A stretch of 64,000 nt of DNA from Camelus ferus (taxonomy: Eukaryota). The stretch covers positions 9,736,001 through 9,800,000 of the forward strand of contig NC_045697.1 in NCBI RefSeq assembly GCF_009834535.1, in the 5' to 3' direction. The position numbers and the translations under genes are program-made. Positions 13,010 through 24,672 of this stretch are shown piece after piece (the stretch's first letter is position 1; the number at the start of each line of letters is the position of its first letter). The notes under the pieces are model-generated. The model was not told the DNA's origin, made no database searches, and saw only the letters and a list, made by a program, of their open reading frames with translations.

Positions 13010-13842
13010 ATGTAAGAGAGTTTACCACATACTGGGAACCTCCCATGTCCACAGGACTTTCTGAGAGAAGTTCAGCATGTGATCCTGATACCGTGGCCAC
13101 AGTTAGATGGACCAGGATGGGACTCTAGTCCAAGAGCAGCCAATCCCTAGACTGACCAAGAACCATGCAGTGGCAGACAGGACAGAAGTGATGTGTGGGA
13201 GCTCTCTCACACTAGTTCATAGGATCCAGTTGTCTAATTTTCAGGATTTGAGGAGCCAGGTGACATTGTGTAGGTAGCCTGAAATCAACCATACTGGGAA
13301 TATTTGCATCATGAAAACTGGCAAACATTACAAATCAGGACATCCCCCATTTCACCCTCCCATAGATAGCAGTTATTAAATATTTATCATCACAGCACTC
13401 ATGCTAAGAAACTGAATCTCCTCCTTGGTAGTTTGAGTGTGAGATCTACCGAAGGGGTTGGTGGTCCTTAATAGAGACAAAAGCAGAAAAACTTAGAAGA
13501 GAGGGCGGTGAGCAGGAGAGAGGAGATAGGAGACAGCAGAAGCTGTGAGGCAGCAAAATGTGGAGAGACAGGAGCAGAAGTAAGTTAGTCAGTAATGGCA
13601 GGTTCATATAAGCAGAGGCAGAGAGTGTGATGACAAATTCTTGGAGTAGGAAAAACAGCTACCTCTACCTTGGGATGGTGACTAATCCTGGTTCCCGGAG
13701 TTTTGCTGAATCCCATGTGACTTCTTCTATAGCCTGCTCGCCTGTGAGGCTGGCTCTGTAGTGATTCCTGTTTACCTTACTTTCCCGTCTCTCCTGAAAG
13801 ACAAATCTTATCCCAGAGGATCTGCAGCCGAAGGACCATGAC
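13010..13842 (+). mobile_element. Old ERV-type LTR (family and orientation uncertain), interrupted by MER63
   Basis: Starts 'tgtaagag', ends 'catgaca'; LTR-like motifs 'ggccacagttagatggaccaggatgggac...gcagccaatc'. Confidence 0.4.
13186..13400 (+). mobile_element. MER63A-like hAT-Blackjack MITE
   Basis: 'taattttcaggatttgaggagccaggtgacattgtgtaggtagcctgaaatcaaccatactgggaatatttgcatcatgaaaactggcaaacattacaaatcagg' follows the MER63 consensus as recalled. Confidence 0.75.
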
Positions 13843-13854
13843 AGAGGATTGTGA

Positions 13855-14090
13855 CACTCTGCAGCTCATCAAGGGCTTTCACATCCATCTTCACACTTAA
13901 TCCTCACAACAGCCATGGTGGTGGCACAGACCACCAACTCCTGTCAGCACCAACCAGCACATGAGGTGGGAGGACTGAGGCTCTGAGAATCTGTGGGACT
14001 TCCCCAAGGTCATGCAGTTAGGAAAGAGCAGGGACAAGATAGACACCCTTAGCCCCAGCATCAGGACCAGGGGCTCTGTCCACTTTGGGC
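13855..14090 (-). mobile_element. MIR SINE
   Basis: 'gctttcacatccatcttcacacttaatcctcacaacagcc...gactgaggctctgagaa...gacttccccaaggtcatgcag'. Confidence 0.75.
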
Positions 14091-14349
14091 CTACATGAGC
14101 TGTGAGGGTCAAGATGTGCAAGGCTCGGACACTCTGCCACCCAGATCACACTCTGTAAATGACAAACAGGCTTAGTCAGCAACCAGAAAGAGCGAAGAGG
14201 AAACGTGAAAGAGAAGACAGAGAAAGAGGCAGAGAGAGAGAGAATGTGATTAGAAAGTTAGGATGTTATATATAGATGATATGGTAAAACGGTGCACACG
14301 CATATGCACACGTGCATATATAACATCACATAGATTATATTTCATGTGT

Positions 14350-14585
14350 ACTATATGGCATCAAACACACCTGGGTTAAAATCTCAGCTTCCTACTCATC
14401 GGTCGTGAGAACTTGAGCAAGTCGTTATCCCTTTGAGACTTCATTCATAAAACGGACATCAAATTTCTCTGTCTACATCATAAGAATCTGGTAAGGCTTA
14501 AAGAGAAAGTGCATATAAACCATTTGGCACAAAGCTTGCCATGGAGTAAGTCTTTGGTATATCTGATGTATGGTTACTATTATTT
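14350..14585 (+). mobile_element. MIR SINE
   Basis: 'cacacctgggttaaaatctcagcttcctactc...gtgagaacttgagcaagtc...gtgcatataaaccatttggcac'. Confidence 0.7.
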
Positions 14586-16808
14586 TAAGTAAAATAATAA
14601 AAGTATGCATAACTATAATAATTAAATCAATTTGATTTTATTCTAAAAAGCACTGACTGCTGGTGAAAGGACCCATCTACACAAAAAAGTGGTATTTTAT
14701 ACATGCGCACAGCCTGCTTTACAGAAAAAAAGAAAAAAAAAACCACATTGGAAACACACAAGGCTCAAAATTAAATGTCTTTAAATAAAACATAAAGCAA
14801 AAACAGCTGCTGCTGGAACTTGGTCCCTAGGCAGATTTGATTTTTGAAAATGACAAAGAAGCCAAATTGTGCTTCGATTCCTGGGCTGCGTGAGAGTAGG
14901 GAAGGTGATTGCTTCCCTGGAGCTGACAGCCGGCTTGAGGGAAGGATGCAGATGCTTAAACAAAGGACATTGTATGCTGGACACACAGCTCTCTGGGACC
15001 CTCAGCCAGCAGGGAATTCTGCAGCCACATCACAAACAGTGTTGCTGAATTTCCTTTCAGTTTCTGAAATAGCCATCAACACAAATGAGACGCTGGAATA
15101 GGGGCCATAAACGCAAAAAGAGCAGATTCGTTAGGCTGAGGTAGGGTAACGCTCCATGCCATTGGGAGAGAGATTGCCTATATTTCTAAGGACCTCGGTA
15201 TGTGGCCTTATCATTTCCTGATAGAATATCTGCTAATATATTACAGACCAAGACCAGTTCCACCTGGGGGATGCGTTTCTCTGGCCATGACTTAGAAATT
15301 AGACCCAGGATGTCTGTCGGAGATCTTTTTGAATATAATTCAAATACATTTCTTTTTAAATATAATTTTAAAGTTAGTAAAACAAAACCAAAGAAAGCAT
15401 GTAATACAGAGGCAAGAATAAAACCCGCCAGCAGACACATCATCCTAACACAATTACCACCTTTTGTGTACGTGCTTTCCAGCCTTTTTTTCTCAGAATT
15501 GAAGTCAGAGTACCCACATGATTTTGTAACACAAATTTTCGGGAACTGGGCTGGCATTCCTTGCGGTGGAGGAGGACAATGGAAGGCGACTTGAAGTGTG
15601 TCCGTCTAGTCCATTCACCTGGCAGGGGACCAACCTGAAAGTACCCTTTAGAGGAGATTCATTTCTTTGAGGAAAAGATGATGGATTCAGGCACTTCCCT
15701 GCCATGGGAGTGGGAATACCCCAGGAAGGAGAATGAGAAACAGCTCCTTTGTCATGGTCCCGGTTTCCCTTCCTTACCTTCCCAAATCACTTTCTCCCTC
15801 ATACCCGGTGTGTCTGGCACAGGGAACTGATTCCACATTTTGACCACCTCTCAAGGTGTTCCCTTTGCCTGAAACTCTCCTTCCTGCCCCCCAGTTTACT
15901 GCCAACTCACCTGGCCCCTCAGGTCTCATTTCACAGGCTTCTCTGCAAGGAAGCCATTGCTCCACCTGACCTAACCCTCAAACCCCACCTCAGATTCAGG
16001 GCTCTGTAGCTGCTTCATGGCACGCATTACAGTCCTCTTGGTTTTCATGTCAATCTCTTTCCTAAGGGACAGACATAAAATCACATCCAGGAGAGAAGTT
16101 AAGGACCAGGAAGCCTGGCTTTGCCACCACCCACAGTGTGCAGGGGGCTCGGCAGCATCGGGGACTGTTTGAGCAGCAAGAGCCTCAGCCTGAGTGCAAA
16201 GCGTGAGCAGGGAGGCCCCGGGCCGAAGCCACTCTGGAGACTGCAGGTGTGTCCATCCATCCATCAGGATGGGAAGCTCTTTTCCCAGAGCTCCAAATGG
16301 ACAAACAGGAGGGGCTCAGTCTTTAAAGGGGCCTCACTTGAAGAAAAGGAATCATCAACTTGGAGAGAAATACAGTCATGATCAAATGGCCAGAGGCTAA
16401 GAGAGGAGAGGAACCAACATCAGTTCTCACTCTCAGACGCATGATTCCAGGGAGGGGTGAGAGGAGGAGGTGACCGAAAGCCCCGAAGGGCGCTCTCTGA
16501 GGAACTCCAAGGCCCTGAACTGTCACAATGGAACAGAATGACGAGAAGCTAAGGCTGAGAGAAGTGGTCAGCCACAGCATGCAGATCATATGCCTGTGCT
16601 CAGAGAAAGAGGCCAGAATAAACACACAAGGCATAGGATGGAGGCTGTCTGTGGACAAAGAGATTAGAACTGTCTCCTGTGGTCCTCAAGGGTATAATTT
16701 CTCTAGATCTCCAAAAGAATTTATCTGTACACTTATGTGACCCCCCAATTAATAGCACCCAGAACAACAGCTGGCAGATGAAGCATGCTGGATAAATATT
16801 TGTTGAAT

Positions 16809-16890
16809 GAATGGATGGATGGATGGGTGGATAGGAAGACGGATGGATGGATGGTTGGATGAATGGATGGATGGAAGGAAGGAAGGATGG
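16809..16890. repeat. (GGAT)n/(GGAA)n tetranucleotide repeat grown from an L2 3' tail
   Basis: Visible repeat directly after the L2 end 'ataaatatttgttgaatgaatg'. Confidence 0.9.
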
Positions 16891-18034
16891 GCAAGTGGAT
16901 TGCTACTACAGGACTGCTCAGAGATAATTGTGTCTTAGAAAATAACACAAGAACAGTATCATTCAGGCAGTCATCTTAGCCATGGGCCTGAAAGGACAAA
17001 TCCAGAAGCAAAGCAGGAGAGATTCAAAAGAAAAGTGGGAAGCAGCTTGCAAATACACAAAGGGAAGCCTCCTTGGCCATGACTCTATTCTTCAGCTGCA
17101 GCCTGCTTCTTGACTAGGTACCGCTTTAGGGAATACTCAGGGATGGGTTCCAGCATCCATATGTACAAATGAAGAACACTGTGGAATTTTAGGGTCCCAA
17201 AGGACTTTAGGAGTCCTAAAAGGGAACTTTTGCTGTCTCCAAACTATTTCAATAGTTCAGCTATCCTAGCCAGAAATTTACATTGATTAAATTAAGTTCA
17301 TATGGGTAGAACATGCTGGTAATCAGAAAAATGTAAATAGGTCAAATTCTCTATAGAAGGACAGAGTCTAAGTTTTTTTTTTAAATATACCTTAATGTAT
17401 CATAATAACACTCTTAAACAAAAATATCAAATAAAAAACAATAAAGGATTAGAAATGATATGAGAAGCAAAAGCTGACAAAAAGAGAAGCAGATATAACA
17501 ATATTAATATCAAGTCACCTGATTTAACTACAAAATTGCCTCTTTGCTAAGGATTGGGGTTTTTATCATCACAATAAGGCATTAAGACTGGTCATCTTCT
17601 GCTATGATAAATTAATACATAGAACATCATCACTTAATGTAAATAAATTAATCAAATAAATATAAACCAACAGGAAGTAAGATATGGGCTCTGTGTGACA
17701 ATAGTAATAAAAGGGCAGTGCTCCACCAGAGAAAAGTATGGGCACCCCAACCTGGTCCAACGTTCCCAAAGGACCGAAGCTCATAGAATGTTTGCAATTG
17801 GCCCACGGACATATCCCTGGGATTTTTGACTCTAACATTCATATATTTGTACTCAGTCAAGTCTGTCCTACAAAATCAAAAGCCTATTGCCCGAGGCTGA
17901 GTGACTGAAGACCCTGAAGCCTTACTGCTGTGCCCCTGCCCTGCCAGCTCGGCACCCAGCAGGCAATGGTGGAGTCTCCCTTTCCAAGTCTGCAGCCGAA
18001 CAGCAGACGCCCCTCAAATTCCACTTGAGTCCAA

Positions 18035-18170
18035 AGGTTGAAATCTCAAACAGGATTTCTACATTACAGTCTACAGGCTAAATTCCTTCTTTGGGAAGAC
18101 TCAGTCTTTGCTTGGAAGGCCAAGGGTCACCATAGCCTAGCCAAGTTGACTCATATAATTAACTTCTACC
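18035..18170 (-). mobile_element. MLT2-type (ERVL) LTR fragment with an internal deletion
   Basis: 'aaattccttctttgggaagactcagtctttgct' joined to the terminal 'caccatagcctagccaagttgactcatataattaac'. Confidence 0.7.
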
Positions 18171-19554
18171 AACATTCAGAAAACTCCTGCAGCAGCAGGG
18201 AAAAAAGAGCTTTGGCTTTGGAGATGTCAACTCCTTTGGCCTCCTTTCCAGATTCTGGCAAGGGGGAAATAACAGTCTGGGTGAGAGAACTACCAGGTTT
18301 TAAAATGCTGACAAGCTGCAAACCAGCCCCAAATGGACTTCTGACTGGGTGATTAACACAGGCAGGGCAAGGCTACCTAGGCACCACCTTCTCAGCACAT
18401 TTCTGCACCCCGGGCACAATCCACTTGCCCACGAGCCCTGCACCCCATTGGGAGTGGGGAAGGCTTCACCACACAATGAAAAGGAGTGACTATCATTAGT
18501 TGTGACTCTTGCCCCAGCTTGCCACTCCTAGCTGGACTGGGCCAAATGGATTCCATTGCCAGGTTGTCATAAATGTCTTCCCAGCCCCAAGCCACGTGCC
18601 TTTTCTGCTTAGCTGCATTTTGGTGTCATGGGAAAGCACTCACACACCCCTTCCCTCTGCAGGCTCAGGGGAAGCGCCCACAGACGGCTGTGGGAAGCCC
18701 TGGCTGGGAGGTCCACACCCCCGAGGCCTGGCACTGACTGAGGCCCTGGGACTTTCTGCTTTGACTCATTGACTCAGTCATGCCCGGGCCCAAGAAATCA
18801 AGCCTATCTCTTTATCATTTTACTTTTTACTTTTTAAACAAGGAATTTGTTGTCTTCTCCAGGTGTGAAGCATCTTTCTGCTTTGGAGGTTGTCTGCACC
18901 CTTATAAAAGAATTGGCCGCAGGCTCATTGCAGGCTACTTTATTCCTGGGTCTCTCATCTGGGAAGCAGGAACCTACCCACAGAATCCTTGGAAGGGTTG
19001 CATGAAATATTGGATCCTAAGTGTTTGATGCCAGTGTGTACCGAACAAAATCTTTCCTCTTCCCTGTTGTCTACGTAAAGTGCTCGTTGCAACGCAATTC
19101 CCCACGTGTTGTCCCATTGGACCACATGATGTTCTGCGAGACAGGTACCAATTATCCCCTCGGGACAGAAGTGGAAACTGAGAGTCAGTTTGCCATCCTC
19201 CCAGCTTTGGCGTGCTGGGAGGAGGCCCCACTTTGTTCCCAAGTGCATCCATTAGCCACCTGAAACCTTTTGTTTCACAACATTTGACAGATCAGGGCAA
19301 ACAGGTGTCTGAGGAAACAGCGGATGAGGATAGGCAGCCAAGAGCAAGCCCTGGGGGCTCTGTGGCAAGGCCCAGGGCAAAAAGTGGGCCACAGCAGAGG
19401 AGGAAGGCAGGACATGCAGGACTATGCTCAGGGTGCCAGCGTGGGGAGCTGAGGGGAGAAAGAATGAGGATCGGAGCCACACAGCACAGGGGGAGAAAGA
19501 AAAGGCATGTGAAGAATCAACTGTCTGAGGTTCTGTAAACACTGGTGAGAGACA

Positions 19555-20292
19555 GGCCACATCTGGTCCTCCACCCCAACTGCTATGTCAAAGCCACTCT
19601 CATCTCTAGCCTGGAATACTGCCACAGTCTTTCAGCTGGTCTCCTGCTTCTGATCTTGACTCCTTCAGCCTAGTCTAGGCTCTACCCAACAGCCAGAGAG
19701 AGTCCATAAAGGCAACAGTCAGCTCATGTCACTCCTTTGCTCAGAACTCTGCAGTGGCTCCTGGCTCAGAGCAAAACCAAAGGCCTCACAAAGGCCTTGT
19801 GATGCTCTCCGTGCTCTGCCCTCCATCCCCGACCTCTCTACTACTTCCCCACGATGCTTTTTGCCTGACCACACACCCACAAGTCCCGTGTCCGTGGTCT
19901 GACAGCTTCTGCACTGGCTGCTCCTCCATCTGGAAGGCTCTCCCTGCAGAGATCTCCCCAAAGTTAACTCCATTGCTCAAATCTTGTGTTCTCAGTGGGG
20001 CCTACACTGCATGCTCTATTTCCTCCTAAGAATTGCCCTCAGCCCCTACTGTCTTAATTTCCCTTCTATGTTCTTCTTTCTCCTTCATGTCCATGTGTTT
20101 TTAACAAATTTTATTTAGTCTGTATCATCTGTCCTTCATCACTAGAATGTCAGCCTCACAAAGGCAGGAAACTGTTGGTTCATGACTGCATTCTAAGGTC
20201 TGAGAATGGACCCTGACAAATAGTGGGTGCTTCAGAAGCATTTTTGAAAAACTGCAGAAATGAATAAATGCATAAATGAATGAATGAATGAA
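19555..20292 (+). mobile_element. L2a-like LINE 3' portion
   Basis: 'aagccactctcatctctagcctggaatactgccacagtctt...tcagctcatgtcactcctttgctcagaactctgcagtggctc...actagaatgtcagcctcacaaaggcagg...aatgaatgaatgaatg'. Confidence 0.85.
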
Positions 20293-20500
20293 AATTAACT
20301 TTGGAGCCAGACAGACTATGAGCTTGAATCTACCTCCAAGCTGCCCACCCCAGGCGGGTAGATTAAGCTTTCTGAAGCTGTTTCCTCATCTGTAAAATGG
20401 GAATCCTAGTGTACACCTCATAAGATTGCTACGGGGATTACCTAAACGAACTTTACATAAAGTGCCTTGCATAAACTAGGCTGTCAACAAATGTTAATTT
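20293..20500 (+). mobile_element. MIR SINE
   Basis: 'ctttggagccagacagac...tgtttcctcatctgtaaaatgggaatcctagtgtacacctcataagattg'. Confidence 0.8.
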
Positions 20501-20779
20501 TCTTTAAATATTTTCAGAGATTTTCAGCGCCAGAGTATCTAAGAAGAGAGATTGCTTATTTTGATATTCTGAGCTGATAGAATCAACAAAACTTTGTGAA
20601 CACCAACCTGAGCCAGGCACTATGCTAGTCGAGTGAGGAAGAACAGATAAGAAAGCAACTGTGCCCTCAAGGATCGCAGAATCCTTGAGAGACTCTGATC
20701 CAGCAGTTCTAAGTGTGACACATTCCATTAGACACATTCAGGAGATGTTTTGAGAGGGAAAAAAGTGGCAGAAATTAAT

Positions 20780-21035
20780 TTTTTAAAAAACTTATTTTGA
20801 AATAATTTTAGGCTTGCAAGAATTTGCCAAATAATGCAAAATTCTGTGCTCCCTTCCCCCAGTTCCCCCCAAAGATAATATCTTTCATGTATCTTACATC
20901 CATTATCAAACCAAGAAATTGACATCAAATAGTTTAAACCAGAGATCTTATTCAGATTTCACCAGTTTTTACATACATTCTGTGTGTGTGTGTGTGTGAT
21001 ACTATGATACTATGAGTTTTTATCACATACATAGA
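20780..21035 (-). mobile_element. L1MC-type 3' end fragment with (TG)n
   Basis: 'ttattttgaaataattttaggcttgcaagaa...ccaagaaattgacat...ttattcagatttcaccagtttttaca'. Confidence 0.7.
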
Positions 21036-22049
21036 GATTAACTGTTGAAGAAAATCAGAAAGCATTTCACAAAGGTAACACAGTATCTTGTTTACTTCTC
21101 ATGATATTTCGGATTTAATATTTCCATTTTACAGATGATATAATAAAGCTTAGAAAAGCTAAATGATTTACCTAAGAGGACATAGTTCCTAAGTGGCAGA
21201 GCTGGTACCTGCAACCTTCTGACACTCAGCATGTCTTGATGTAAAAAACAAAACAAAACAAAACAAAAAACCCTAAAGTTGGAGGTTGGGGTGGGATAGC
21301 ATTAGAAGGAATCATCAGGGCTTTGTCTCCAGACTTCACTTGCCGTCGACAAGTTTGCTGCTACAGAATTGCTCCTTTGTATATACCAGATTGCTATTTT
21401 CTTTAATTTTGCCCCAATATCTGAGCTCTAGAATATCTGGAATACAAAATGCAGGCCAAAAAAGCCCTGATATTTCAATATTTCCTGGGGGAAGGATTTC
21501 CCAGGACTGTTTCACTCTTATACTTTCCAGCCAGAGTCACCTTTTTGGGCTGTCAGCTGGAATCCTACAGAGCAAAGAAAGCAAAAAGGTTTTAAAACAG
21601 GAGACATGGGGAGAGGCTTAAACAGCTTGGGAGGAATCCTGCAGAAAGAAAGTGACTGTTGTCCTTCCTTCTGAAGCTCCTTTTTGTTGCCCAGTCTGGC
21701 TGAAAGCAGCAGGGTCTGAACCTCAGCCAAGGGACAAAGGGCTTTTTTGGCTAAGAGAAGTAATTGTGGTCACGATGGGCCAAAACAGGAGGGGAATATT
21801 TTACAGGGTAACAGGGCTACCGAATGTCAGAATTGGTGCTGCGGGATGTGCATTAATTCCACAAGTATCCACTAAGCACCTGCTCTGTGCCAGGCACACT
21901 CACATGATAAAGAGACATCCCTGTCAATGAACTCCCAAGCCAGTAGAAGAGTCACTCATTCTGTTCATTCATTCACTCACTTAATCTCTCACTCCTTTAG
22001 AATATAATTTAGTAATTAAGAACATAACCTTGAAATAAAAAAGACAGTT

Positions 22050-22910
22050 TCATTCATTCATTCAATAAATAAATAAATATTTATTCAGTGCCTGCTACAT
22101 GCTCAGCTCTGGTGAAGACACTAGGAAACAAAGGTGGACAAAATATAGATCATAAAGTCAAGGACATTGGTTGGGGACTGGGGAAGGGAGAGACAATGAA
22201 CAATAAGTATAATAAATAAATTAGTATATTAGAAGCTGGTAATGGGAAAAAGAAAACAGAACAGGGAAAGGGGCCTGGGGAATATAGAGCAAGGGAGTTT
22301 AGAATGTAGTTTTAAGTAAGGTTGTCAAGATAGGCCTTCTTGAGAAAGTGGCATGAGAGCAGAGACCAGAAGTAGGTGACAGGTGGGCAACCATGCGGAT
22401 GTGGAGTGGAGGAGGGGAGGAAACGCTGGTAGGGGAACAGCCAGAGACAAGGCCCTAATGTGGGGCCAGATCTGTCCATGAACAAGGTTAGGGACAAGAA
22501 GGGGAGGGGGAGGAGGAAGAGAGCTAAGACTGGGCAGACGGTGCAGGGCCATGAGGGCCATGGTAGGATTTCTGTCTTTACTGGGTGACATGAGCAGCCA
22601 TGGCAGGGCTTCAGCAGGGAATGGCCATGAGCTGTCTCATGTTCCAGCAGGATCTCTCCAGCTGCCATGGTGGGAATTGACTTTAAGTGCACAAAACTAG
22701 AGGCAGGAGGAACTTCCAGAAGACCATTGCAGTGATCCTGGGGAGAGATGGCAGAAGCCCCGGTCAAGAAGGCAATCATGGAGGTGATGAGAGGTGGCTG
22801 GATTCTGAACCTATTTTGAAGGCAGAACCAAATTCCTGACAGATTGAGTGTGGTGTCCAAGAGGAAGGGAGGAGTCAGTGATCATTCTAAGGTCAGTGGC
22901 CTGAGCCAAT
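22050..22910 (-). mobile_element. L2a-like LINE 3' portion, retaining part of the ORF2 C-terminal frame
   Basis: Antisense tail 'cattcattcattcaataaat...atttattcagtgcctgcta'; ORF 22312..22860 translates to L2 ORF2-like 'LQNRFRIQPPLITSMIAFLTGASAISPQDHCNGLL'. Confidence 0.9.
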
Positions 22911-23314
22911 AAGGATAATTTGGAGGCCAGTTAAAATTGTGACACTGGGCAAGTCTCTAAACTCCCATTTTCTTCTCTATAAAATGGAGACTAATATCTG
23001 TATTATAGGGTTGTTGCAGACATTGAAAAAGATAATACATGCAAAGCATTCAGTCTGTGAAGGGAGTACAGAGGAGGGATAGAAAATCAGCTAAATCTTA
23101 CAGGATGTGAGAATGTGAACAGAACATCACATTGAGGACTTTTGAGAAACACTGGTTATGGATGGGGTGGAGCAGGGAGTGAGGAAGATGAATAAGGAGA
23201 CTAAGGTTTCATTCTCATAACAGCTACTAATTGTTATACTACCTTAAGTAAATCTTTTAACCTCACTCTACCTCTATTTCTTAATGTAAAATGAGAGGAG
23301 GGCTGCTATGAGAT

Positions 23315-23534
23315 CAGGGGTCTACAAGCAAATCCAACACACGTTTTTGTAAATAAAGTTTTATTAGAACACAGCCATGCTCATTTGTTTCCATATTGTC
23401 TAGAGCAGCTTTTCTGCCACAACAGTTGAATAGCTGTAACAGGGACAGTATGGACTTCAACAGAGACTTAAAATGTTGAAGTCCATTCTGTCTCTGTTTA
23501 TCATCTGGCCCTTTACAAAGTTTACAGACCCTTG
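23315..23534 (+). mobile_element. MER58A hAT-Charlie MITE
   Basis: Termini 'caggggtct...agacccttg'; diagnostic 'gtttttgtaaataaagttttattagaacacagccatgctcatttgttt' and 'atctggccctttaca'. Confidence 0.9.
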
Positions 23535-24565
23535 ATCTTGATCATTGTTTTTGACATTGCTATAGACAGACAGCTACGAAATCCTTCTTCAAATGGCATC
23601 TTAGTCAGAAGCCTAACATATAATACAGAATCCATGTGGATCTGGCTGGCTGAAGAGTAGGGGTGGGAGTGATGGGTGTCTGTTCCCACCCAGGCTCTGA
23701 CCTCTCTTACAACTAAGGTAAATGGTGAGGGACCTCTTCTTCATCCCTGTGGTTCCTAAGATCACAGTTTGAAAAGCAGGACTCTAAGATCATCTCTTGG
23801 GGCTTTTCCAGGTCTATAATTCCAATAGTCCACAGATTCAACGTTCAAACGAAGTCTAAATAGACTCAGATCAAAAGTGAACAGAATAATGGAAATAACA
23901 AGCTTCAGCAAGGAGACCATGCCAAATTAAACTTTCTAAATTGGATAAATTAATACTTGGTTTGGGCCTCAAAACTGTTTTTTCTCATGCATGGGATGTT
24001 AATGTAAAGCCAAATTTCAAATCATGTTGTGTCAGATACTTTTAAAAGTTAGAGGCAGCATTTCCACATTCCTGGCAAATCTTCCCCGGAGACAGCTCTA
24101 TCCTACAGAAGGAAAAGTGGAATATTTGGGTGGAGACAGCCTCTGCCACACAGGAGACAATTTACATAAAAAATACATAGTTGGAGATGATAACAAAATG
24201 TTAAATGATCACTATTAATTGATTACCTATAATGGCCCCCTTTGTGCTAAAAATGAAATACTTATTATTTTCACCAAAATGAGCAATAATTGCTCTATAT
24301 CAATATAAATATAATAATCATTATTTTTGAGATGGGAAAACTTTATTTCAGAGCAATTAAGAAATAATAATGACAGCAGCACTTTTTGAGCATTGATTTT
24401 GAAATGGGCTAAAGACTTCACATCCAAGGTTACTCAAGGTTATAAGATGTTGAGCAAAGTTTTAAACCCAGGCTTGCCTGAGTCTAAAGTCCATGCTCTG
24501 TCCATTATTAATTAAATCTCTCTTTCATTTTCCATAGTTAAAATGTACATAATAATGCAAGTTGA

Positions 24566-24672
24566 GTCCTCACTTCGGCAGCACATACACTAAAATTGGA
24601 ACAATACAGAGAAGATTAGCATGTCCCCTGAGCAAGGATGACATGCAAATTTGTGAAGCGTTCCATATTTTT
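24566..24672 (+). pseudogene. RNU6: Full-length U6 snRNA pseudogene (retrocopy)
   Basis: 107 nt aligning end to end with mammalian U6 (ACAGAGA box and terminal TTTTT intact); 8 substitutions by eye, most at CpG sites; no recognisable upstream PSE/TATA. Confidence 0.97.

Noticed and set aside
24566..24672. Functional U6 snRNA gene
   Set aside because: Eight substitutions with CpG decay, no PSE/TATA upstream, and a flanking TSD indicate a retrocopy
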